Source: Octopus bimaculoides (taxonomy: Eukaryota). From it: DNA of 64,000 nt. The translations under genes were made by a program, and so were the position numbers. The notes beneath the pieces were generated by a model. It made no database searches and had not been told where the DNA came from. It worked only from the letters and a program-made list of their open reading frames with translations. The stretch spans positions 33,714,921 to 33,778,920 of the forward strand of contig NC_068982.1 of assembly GCF_001194135.2 (NCBI RefSeq). The letters are read 5' to 3'. The stretch's first letter is position 1. Each line of letters begins with the position of its first letter. Positions 53,271 to 64,000 of this stretch are shown here, one piece after another.

Positions 53271-54929
53271 ATCATCATCGTCAACATTTAACATTTTCTA
53301 TGCTGACCTTGGTTGAACAGCTTGACAGGAATTAGCAAGGCCACAGGCTGCACCAGGTTCCATAATTTGTTTTGGCTTGCTTTCTATGGCTTGATGCCCT
53401 TCCTAACGCTACACAGTATACTGGATGGTTTTTTTTTTTATGTGGCACCATCACCATGGCTAATGTGACACCAGCAGCAGTGGTTTTTATGTGGTACCAG
53501 CACCTAAATCAATGCTTTTTACAAGGCACCTTGGTTTTAAAATCTCACTTTAGGGATACATGTCAATAATAAAGAGCTGGAGAGAACTGTAACATTGAAG
53601 ATAACTGGGAGTTTCTATAATTAATATTATGTCTATTGTGTTATATAATATAATTTCCTCTCTTCTTTTTTTTTTTTTTCAAATTATCTTATGATAGGAA
53701 AATCTAAATGAAAAAGTGCCCCACAGCTATCATTTGCCAGCAATTCTGATTTCATATTTTACATCCAGGCTAAAATTATGAACATCATTATGAGTATTTC
53801 GACTCATGTTGTAGAACTAACAGAACTCTGGCATTTACTTAATCCTGATAGATATAAATATAACCAACTGGAGTTTAAAAGAAGCAGTCCATTTCTGAAC
53901 ATCGGGGGAATACAACACTCAAAGAAAATTCCATTACTGAACACTTCAGCTTTACAAAAAGTGTGTCCCTTGATAAACATAATTATTTATAACATAAAAA
54001 TTATTTTATTTATAGAATAATCAAACTCGGAGAAAACAAAATGTAACTTCTATGCCCATGAAAGTCAAGAAAAACATCAGGTAAACCTCTAGATAATTGA
54101 GAACCATTAACTATGCCACCATTATATAAACATAGCCTGAATATTTAGTAATAACCTTCAGTAATAAGTTATCTAGATAGCAATTGCACTTTTATGTAGT
54201 TTCAAGGAACTTAGATTACATCAGAACTGCCATAAACTTGTTGAAAATAAACATGTAACTGGAGATATTCTCGATATGTTCCACAATATCCTTCATAAAG
54301 ATATAAACCAGAATCCAGCAAGCTCTAAATGTTTCACAAGTAGCAGCACCACAGTAGTACAGGTGGGGAAAAAGAATTATACGACCTTTATATAGCCTGG
54401 TAGAAAATAATATCACCATTCGTAGACAAAAACTCCTGCAAGATGTCCATCCCTAAAAATTTGTGTTTTATGCAGCATAAGGCATATCAGCAAGCTTTCT
54501 CTCTCTCTCTACTAATTACAGCATGACTTTCTAGTTGCTTACCAGGAAAAGTGTATCCTTCTTAGTGTGATGTCTATTCACATGATTTCTCAAAACAGTT
54601 AACTCTCTAAACAGTACTGCAAAAAGAAAAGTCACTACATTTACTGTCTACATTGTTTCCAGTTCCCTCTGTGCAGGCAAGTGATTGCACACACATTCAT
54701 GCAAACAAGAGCAGCCACAGCAACAACAAAAACAAGCCCTCTCCCATCGCCATAATGTACAAACACCTGCCAAATTCAGAAATTTCTTCACTTCCTGAAT
54801 TTCCAAAAGATAACAAACCCAATCTGTATGATAAAATAAATACAGTAATATTCCCTGTGGGTAACCTCTCGGGGCCCCTATAATTTCACATCCAATATAA
54901 CAAATTATAGAAAGGGTAATTAACCAACA

Positions 54930-55570
54930 GCTTTATCACCTCCAAATTTATTTCTCTTCAATCATCTCTTGCTCTTGAGAACTTCGGCAAACACAATTTT
55001 GCCTTTGACAATAAACAAATTCCCAGACCATATCTGAAACTAGATTCATCTCATGAAGTTGCTAATTTATAGGTTCCAATTACCACCTATCACCTGAATC
55101 ATTTCCTGTCAGAAAACTGATCACAAGGAATACTGACAAGTCAAATTCTGATCCCACTCCCTCAAATTGTATATACACCAGAGTTTGATAGTATCTCTTA
55201 CATACCTTCTCTGCTTTAATGAATTGTTCAGTGTCATCTCTAACTTCACGTAGCCCTCTGCCTTTCTTATCATAGGCTCCATTTACATGCAGCATATTTT
55301 TTTTAAAAACTTTAATATTAACATACAACATGCCACCAACGTATATTATTTGTCCATTTATTCAAGCATATCAGCTGTTGCTAATTCTCTGAATTAACAT
55401 TTTCCCAAATCCTCTATAAGTACAACTGCAGTCTCTGTAATTCCCTTCCTACACATTCTTACCTTCATATATCAACCAACAGTACATTACTATACCAAAT
55501 TCACACAAGCAATTTTCATCTACAAAGCAGGTACATAGCTTCTCTTCTTCAGACTTTCCTAACAAAGAAA
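54930..55570 (-). pseudogene. Decayed RTE LINE reverse transcriptase remnant
   Basis: LIYEGKNV*EGNYR (cf. PIYKGKGD..CGNYRGI) and ORF 55080-55331 KKNMLHV..AYDK...GSEFDLSVFLVI (cf. KLH..F.D..KAYD / QGS.LSP.LF.IV). Confidence 0.5.
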
Positions 55571-57101
55571 ATACACACCTATCTTGATATCCCCCTTTAT
55601 TTAACCTTTTGATACCAACTTGCCTGACACCACACCTGGCTCTATGACACAAAATTCATGTTTTAAAATTGTTAATTTATGTTCCAAATACCAGCTTGAT
55701 AATGACAGTTATTTTACTAAATTCTTCATTATTTTTAAAATTAGTTGAAATAATGGAAGCATATTTCAATAGAAATAAAGTAACAAAATGGTTGACTAAA
55801 AAATAATTATAATTGACATTGAGAAGGCCATCAAACAATATTCAAGCCAAATACTCTATAATAGAGAAAAACTAAAAATGAAAATATATATATTCAATAT
55901 ATCTTTCTTTAATTTATGATTTCTTTTCAATTGCAGTTGATCAAGTGATTCCAGACTTTTGGAAAAAAAAGAGTTCAGACGAACTCTATGAATAAAATCT
56001 ACATTCATTCAACTACATCATATAAAATATCACCAAAATCCAGGAAACATATTAAACCTTTTAATTAGTCAATTAAAATTTAATTGTAAAAGATAATTTC
56101 TCACATTGACACATGTATGGCACTAACTATACATAGGTATATACTTGAGAAGCTTGCTTCCCAACATGGTTTTGGGTTCAGTCCCACTGCATGGCACCTT
56201 GGGCAAGAATCTTTTACCATAGCCCTGGGAGGGTGCAAGCAAGCGAGCGAATCAGTCAGTGTCTTTGTGTTTGTCCACTGTCAACACTTGACAACCAGAG
56301 TTTTTTTTTTGTTTTTTTTTTTCATTTCCATAATGTAGTGGTTCAGCAAGAGAGAATAATAAAGTACCAGGCTTAAAAGATAAGTACTGGGAATGATTTC
56401 TTTTACTAGACTCAAGATGGTTCCCTAGCAGTGCCATACTCCATAGACCAATACAAGTAAAACAAACAATAAACGATAAAACAGAAAAGCTAGTATTCCG
56501 TGTAAACTCCGACTCCTGGAGATAATACTACAAATCATAATCCTATAGTCTCATGTACCAGATAAATTACTTCTCTATGAAGTTCTCTACTTGCTACTGA
56601 GTAATTACATATCAATTTCGAACCTAAGCAAAAGGTTACAAATTTTGAAGGAGTGGGTTAAGGAGATAGGCATTAGCCAATTATATTAGCCACAGTTTTT
56701 GACAGGTACTGTATTTTATTAACTTCAGAAGGATGAAAGGCAAAATTAACCTCAGAAGAATTTGAAATCAAAAATGTGAAGAACTAGAACAAAGACCACA
56801 AGGCATTTTATCCAATATACTACCAATTGCTAAAATCCTTGTATCTTATATTTATTTCAGGCACTGGACAGTGGCCATGCTAGAGCACTACCTTAAGGGT
56901 TTAATAAAAAAAAATAAACCCCAGTACTTATTTTTAAGTCTGGTACTTATTCTATTGATATCTTTTGCTGAACTGCTAAGTTATAGGTACATAAATAAGT
57001 CAAACCTTGGTTGTTAAGCAGCAGTGGGCAAATAACACAAACACAGTCACAGACATAGATACATACACACACACATCCACACATAAAATATAATATATTA
57101 T

Positions 57102-57504
57102 TTTATTCTTTACTTTTACTTGTTTCAGTCGTTTGACTGTGGCCATGCTGGAGCACCATCTTTAGTCGAACAAATCAACCCCAGGACTTATTCTTTGTAA
57201 GCCTAGTACTTATTATATCAGCCTCTTTGCCGCACCACTAAGTTACAGGGATGTAAACACACCAACATCGGTTGACGGTTGTCAAGTGATGGTGGGGGAA
57301 CAAACACAGACGCACAGATACATATACGTGTATCATATATATACAACAGGCTTCTTTCAATTTCCGTCAACCAAATCCACTCACAAGGCTTTGGTCAGCC
57401 CAAGGCTATAGAAGATACTTGCCCAAGGTGCAACACAGTGAGACTGATTCTGGAGCCATGTGGTTGGGAAGCAAGCTTCTTACCACACAGACACTCCTGC
57501 GCCT
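57102..57504 (-). mobile_element. SINE family A, full length
   Basis: Inverted copy of 57706-58170. Confidence 0.92.
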
Positions 57505-57536
<32 letters not shown>

Positions 57537-57705
57537 GATAGTCTTCCACACAGTTTCCATCAAGTTGACCAAGAGCAATAGTAGAAGACACTAGCCCAAA
57601 GTATTGTGCAGTGGGACCAAACATAAAACCATGTAGTTGCAAAGCAAGCTTCTTAATTACACAGACATGCCTGAGTAATTAAATATGAAAAATACTTTTA
57701 GATGT

Positions 57706-57865
57706 AGGCGTAGGAGTGGCTGTGTGGTAAGTAGCTTGCTAACCAACCACATGGTTCCGGGTTCAGTCTTACTGCGTGGCACCTTGGGCAAGTGTCTTCT
57801 ACTATAGCCTCGGGCCGACCAAAGCCTTGTGAGTGGATTTGGTAGACGGAAACTGAAAGCCCGTC

Positions 57866-57933
<68 letters not shown>

Positions 57934-58170
57934 GAGTGTGTGTGTGCGTGTGTGTGCGTGTGTGTGTGTGTCCGTGTCCCCAACATCGCTTGACAACCGA
58001 TGCTGGTGTGTTTACATTCCCATAACTTAGCAGTCCGGCTAAAGAGATCGATAGAGTAAGTACTAGTCTTGCAAAGAATAAGTCCTGGGGTCGATTAGCT
58101 TGACTAAAAGGCGGTGCTCCAGCATGGCCACAGTCAAATGACTGAAACAAGTAAAAGAGTAAAAGAATAA
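57706..58170 (+). mobile_element. SINE family A, full length, near-consensus, with long internal (TA)n(TG)n
   Basis: Head aggcgtaggagtggctgtgtggtaagtagc; tail gactgaaacaagtaaaagagtaaaagaataa. Confidence 0.95.
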
Positions 58171-58697
58171 AGAGTATGTGTGTGGGGAGGTGTGCTTCAT
58201 ATCTGTATCAATTTTGATAAAGCCCTATATTTTCCAGGTTAATCCCATCAAGACAGTTTAAAAATCTAAGAACATAAAAATTTGATATAGTTTCAACAAT
58301 GTTACTATAAACTAGAATTCAAAGAAACATGATTTGTTTCCAAGGCATATGCTTCAATCAGACCTTTAATACATAGATTCGTGTTTTTGTTGTTTTTTAT
58401 TTTGTTTCTTTCTTGGTGGGTGGTGGGGATGTAGATTTTGTCTCCTTCCTCCCATTGGATGGCTGATTTAATAATTTATGACAGTTTGGAAGACAGGTTA
58501 ATTTCTAGATCTAAATAACTCAAGAGAAACATGACAGATTGTAAGGAGAGGGGTGAGAAAAAAAAAAGGGAGATATATGAAAGAAAAAAAAAGAAAAGAA
58601 ATAAAGGAGGAAGAAAGAGTGAAATGGAGAGATGTGAAGACAAGGCCCAGAAAGTAAGATAGAATTCACTGTCCAAAAGATGAAATAAGGTGACATG

Positions 58698-58728
<31 letters not shown>

Positions 58729-61700
58729 GTGTGTGTGTGTGTGTGTGCACGCGCACGCATGCATGCATACACATGCACAATTGTCTTTTGAAAATTTTCT
58801 CATCGAAATTTCAATTAATTATAATTACACAGTGCCCCAAATGAAGTAGGGTGTTGTGCATGCATGTAGAGAGGATAAGCACCGAACTAAGTACAAACGC
58901 ATTGGTTGGTCTGGAGGCTCTAGCAGAAAACACTTGCCCAATGTGCTGCACAGTGGGATTGAACCCACAACCATGTGATCGCAAAGCGAGCTTCTTAACC
59001 AGCCTATCAACCAAGAAGAACAAGACCAGTGTATTCAATAAAGAATAACTTTTGGAATTTGGCTCTATCTCAGTTCCTTCCTTATATGTCCAAGTCAACT
59101 TTGGCATTCTCCTTTATCATGTTGGTAAAATAAGCACCAGATGAAATACAAAAGCAAACCCCTGGAGTTAATAATACACCCAACATAATCACTTTCCAAT
59201 GGCTGAAAGAAAGAACAGAATAAAAGAATAACTTAATCGACAGCCTCTTAATTGAACATCGAAAAAGAATGTCTTATGTACCATGACAAGGTTTTTGTTT
59301 TTATTTACTAATATTTTACCTTTTCCATTCTTATTTGACATTATGTGTCATGTTGATGCATGTATATAATGGTAGTTAGCAGCCAATCACAGAATGTGGC
59401 CTATTTCTAAATAAAGCCCCGAGGAGAGGTAATAGTAGTAAATGTGCATCATAATATAGAAGCAGTGTCCATCATATCCAATCTTCTGTGAAAACATGTC
59501 TGGTGAAAGGGAAATATTACATTGCTTGAAAACAGATAGGGGTTGATGGCAGGAAAGGCATCTGGCCATAGAAAGAAAAGTCACTTTATTAAATTCTGTC
59601 TAACCCATGCAAGCATGAAAAAATGGAGGTTAAAATGATAAAGACTTTAACAATGATGATTTTACAGTGTGTGTGTGTGTGTGTGTGTGTACACACACAC
59701 ACACACACACACAGACTCATCAGGGTTTCTATGAATTGTATCATTATAATAAGGACTAACTTCTGAGCTTTTATCCCATTAAGGTCACCTTTCTGGATTG
59801 AAAAATAAAGTACTGGTCAAGTACAAGTGTCGATGTTCCTGACCCTATCCGCCAACTTTCCTTGTGCCTATATTATGAGCAATTATAATATGGAACCAGC
59901 CCTGAGAACACTGTTTCTAATAGTAATAACAATATAAAAAAAAAACAGCTTCAATTTAGGTTTAGATAATTGTTAGTGGTGGAAGGATAGCTGATTTTCT
60001 TCCTCATCACTTTTACAAACAGAGTAATGTAGTTTTGATTAGAATATAATAAAACAAGCCAAGGGTGGGGGGCAGTATTCGGGGGGGGGGGCCTGAATCA
60101 TGAGTTACACTAATCACAAACTATGTAAAGAGACTATAAAATGAGAGCAAAGAACAAAGAAGGATCCCAAAATAACTTGCCATAAAAATAACCCTTAAAA
60201 TGACACAACAGTTTTGACCTTTATTTTAGATAGCTTCCATATGGTAGGATAAGAGAAGTTAACATTTACAAATACTTGTAGCATACAAAAAGAAAAAGAA
60301 AATAAACAGAATAAAACAATGCAGTTAATCCTTGGCATGAATTAGAATGAAAATAGCATATTGTAGAAGCATATATATATTTACATATATAGGAGTTAGT
60401 GAAGCAAAGATAATAACTCATTTGAGTGGAATGGAATCTTGGGGAAAAAAATCTGTTTTGTTTCCTTAGTGTAGTTAGCTGTGGAACCCAACTGATTGTT
60501 AATAACATGCTTGCTTATAACCTACTATCAACAAATTAAGGCTGCTCTTTTTAATCTTTTTATAATTTTTTTCCTTATTTCAGTTTGGGCTTTTTTTTTT
60601 GGGGGGGGGGGGTAATTTGTGAATGAAGGTAACTGGGTAAGGTTAATAGTGCACTTAATGCCTATTTTAAATTGCAAAGCAATCTGTACTATCTGCATTT
60701 ACGGACAGCTGAAAAAAGACAGGTGTAGTGCATTAAATCGTGATAGATAGCAGTTACATTTTAGATCAAACCAGCAAGTCCCAAAGAATCATTCACCTTC
60801 GAAATGCTGTAGATGTAACAAAGCAACAATGCAGCTCGATAGTAGACCAATTTTGGTATGTTTCAGTGTTTAGTACCAAGTGAACATCATAATCTTTTAA
60901 TGTACATTTTCCATACTGGCATGAATGGGATGATTTGACAGGATCCAACACACTTCAGAGTTGCATTAGACTCCAAAGTCAGTTTCAACATGGTTTCTGG
61001 ATGCCATTCCTAACACCAACTACTTTACAGTGTTTAATGTGTACATTTTTTGACACTGGTACTAGTGAGTAACTTGCAAGACAAAGAAAGAAGAAAAAGT
61101 ACCTCTCAACTAAGTGGGAATGTATTTGAGACATGGGGTGGTGACTTTATGCTGGATGTTGAAAGTTAAAGTATGATAGAGAGACAAGCACAAGTGTCTA
61201 ATTATAGCAGAGATCCATGGCTACCCCGCATTATGTGAGGGAGAGCAAGTGTAACTGGGAAATATAAATAAGTACTAGAGTGTACTTAGAAAATACAAGG
61301 TGAATATAAGGGATAACATAAACAGAATATAAGGGAGAACACAGTGGATCAGGAGGAAAGGAAAGGGTAAGTAATTTCAAAAAAATATTAGAGGAGAGTG
61401 AGAGATGGTTAGAGATGGGGCTAGAGGTGGTAGCAAATGTAAACACTTGCATATGTGCACAAGTGTGTACATTTGCATGTGTTAACTGATTCTCAAGATA
61501 ACCAAACATTTCAAGTGAAATTTAGTGAAATAACACAAATGTTTTGCTTCATTTATTGTTATATCAAGCTGGTGTTTGGAACACAAGGTTTTTATGTAAA
61601 ACTCTGATGGAAATTTTGCCTCTTGAAATCTTTCTTTAGAAATCATGCAATAATGAGATTTCTGATGAGTTTTGAAGTGTTTTAACAATAACTTAACAGA

Positions 61701-62620
61701 AGACAAAATTGAGGCTTCACAAGGAGTTATTAATTTTTCGAAGCTGAATTTGTTTTATTTTTGGTCCTGAAGAAGAAACCTACTGTTCTGTATGTTTGCT
61801 GCCTGTGAAAAATACAATCTGACACAGCATTTGTCTACTTCTATTACAGATTATCAGCTGTAATATTAGATCATAATTTTGACATCAGCAAAACTTCCCT
61901 ATCTGTGGTATTAATCTTCTGATAACATTCCATATTATATAAAGCAATTGGACTAAAAGTTTCCTGATACTGTATGAATCATCATCATTTAACATCCGTT
62001 TTCCATGCTGGCATGGGTTGGACAGTTTGACAGGAGCTGATCAGCTGAAGGGCTGTTCAGGCTCCATGTCTGTTTTGGTATGGTTTCTACAGCTGGATGC
62101 CCTTCCTGATGCCAACCACTTTACAGAGTGTACTGGGTGCTTTTACGCAGCGCCAGTATGGGTGCTTTTTATGTGGCACCAGCACATTTATACCAGTGAT
62201 GGTATAAATTCATGTTTAGGAGATGAAGCAATAATCTTATAAAAGACAACCATAATCTCTTTACATGCTAGTACATACAGAGAGATGATATGAAATAGAT
62301 ATGTGTAGAATTGTATGAGTAGGACACCTGCAATGTACTATTTAAGTAAAATTGTAAGCATAATCAGATTGTCACCATAGACACATAAAATTCTTAAGTG
62401 TAACCATATTTGACACTAGAGTACAATGCATAAATATTTCAATTAATTTTTTTAAATAACCATGAATTTAAAGTGAAAGTTTGTAAAATAATGTAAATAT
62501 TTTATTTACTGATATATTATGTAAAGCAGCGAAAGAAATTTCACTCCCAAAATCTTACTTTAGAAACCATGTAATAGTACAGCTTCTGTTGAGATTTTAA
62601 ACAAAATATGAGCACATTAA

Positions 62621-62814
62621 CCCTTTAACTGTGTATTTAAACTTCACAATTATTCCAGTGGTGATGTTAAATATCTACCTCAATCAACTTCATATATCTC
62701 AATAAAAAATTGTTTCAGACATGACATTCATCACAAAAATGATGACTGGTAATTACTTTACATGGTTAAAAGTGATGAAATTCGAAGATATATCTGATTT
62801 CTACAGTAAAAGGG
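62621..62814. mobile_element. piggyBac-type MITE, distinct family P2
   Basis: TTAA|CCCTTTAACTGT...ACAGTAAAAGGG|TTAA. Internal sequence unrelated to P1. Confidence 0.8.
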
Positions 62815-64000
62815 TTAATACAGGCCTTTGGGGTGGTTTGGTGACATAGAATCAGAGACAGTCTGGGGTAGAATGGTATTGATAAATTAAAACACCATGT
62901 AACTGACTAACCAAACATAACTAATACAATGGTTCCCAAATTAATTATCACAATCTACCAGGTGTACAGAAAGATTATATATTCCAAATTTGAAAATGTT
63001 AGGATAACTGGCCTGTCATACAAAATATAGTTGTGACAAGAATACTAAGAAAACAATCATGTTCTACAAGGCATGACATGTCTGATATGGTTAGTATATC
63101 TAGCCTTTGAACTACATCAATTGCTTGACAAGATATTCCCATGTTTCAGAATAGATTACAGTTATTCAGTGACATTGAATTCAACACTGTACTGTCTCAT
63201 TTCAAATGACATGGTTTGATTCATGCAAAATCTTCTCCTCAACTAAATATTCACATGGAAAAAGAAATCAAAAAACAAGTTGCAAATAGTTAGTTAAATG
63301 ATGGTACAGATCATCAGTAAAATTTCACTGAATAACGTATGTGCCAAGTGAACAGCACAGTAAATACCAAATTAGCAGAGGAACAGAAACTTTAAATTTA
63401 AAAGTAATTACTTACTTAATTTAATAGTGATAATTTACCGTTATTCAATTTTTTTTTTTTTTAGTTTTCTTTTTTCCCTTTCATTTTTCTTTTTCTCTGA
63501 CTAAAATTAATGAAGAATTTATATGCCTCCACAGTTTATTCTTGATCACATCTCATATGACATTCCTGAAATATGGTTAACTAAAACAGTTCTCTTTTGG
63601 AACAGTAAAACTGTCATGAGTTACATGTGAATAACTTGGACATCCACCATGTCAAAAAAAAAAAAGATTATTTCATGTTCTCTCAAAATTAATAAAATTC
63701 TATGATGTCAATGATTAACCTGTATAAAACATGTATATTATCTTGGCATTTTCAACACGATTTCTTCCTCTTGACATTTTTTTTATTTTAATAAATTAAA
63801 TGTATATTCTTCTATGTTAGTTACAGTTATGTAATAAACATACAGTCAAGGAAGCATTTTACATGATTGTTCAAGCAACAAGAAAACCTTTACAGAATTG
63901 ATCAAACCAATAAAAGAGCCAATCACTCAAGCCAATGAGGGAACCTCCATCAGTATGAAGCATGGGCCACCTTTTTTTCAAGAAGCAAGCTACATGAGAC

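Noticed and set aside
60765-60855. 91-nt plus-strand exon candidate (ttttag|...TTTTG|gtatgt), open in two frames
   Set aside because: Isolated, no recognisable translation, and opposite to the strand with the better splice evidence.

Overview
AT-rich, repeat-dense eukaryotic genomic DNA with several N gaps. The repeat families (tRNA-headed SINEs, RTE LINE 3' tails ending in (GAT)n, very dense (TA)n/(CA)n microsatellites) resemble those I recall from octopus, so a coleoid cephalopod, probably Octopus, is my inference. No complete protein-coding gene is recognisable, and nearly all supplied ORFs are microsatellite or repeat artefacts. The window holds at least three tRNA-derived SINE families, decayed LINEs (RTE endonuclease, RT and tail; CR1-like RT tails; one R4/Dong-like RLE tail), TTAA-flanked piggyBac-type MITEs, a hAT MITE with an 8-bp TSD, a foldback MITE and a miniature LTR-retroelement derivative. 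Splice-site geometry tentatively suggests a minus-strand gene: non-coding exons near 15.6-16.2 kb and a start-codon exon at 5701-5331 encoding MGNANGKDKT. The strongest second-look items are a 95-nt near-perfect hairpin at 52102-52196, the TRIM-like element at 37757-38041, closely spaced inverted SINE pairs (possible ADAR substrates) and the candidate gene. All alignments and translations were done by eye.
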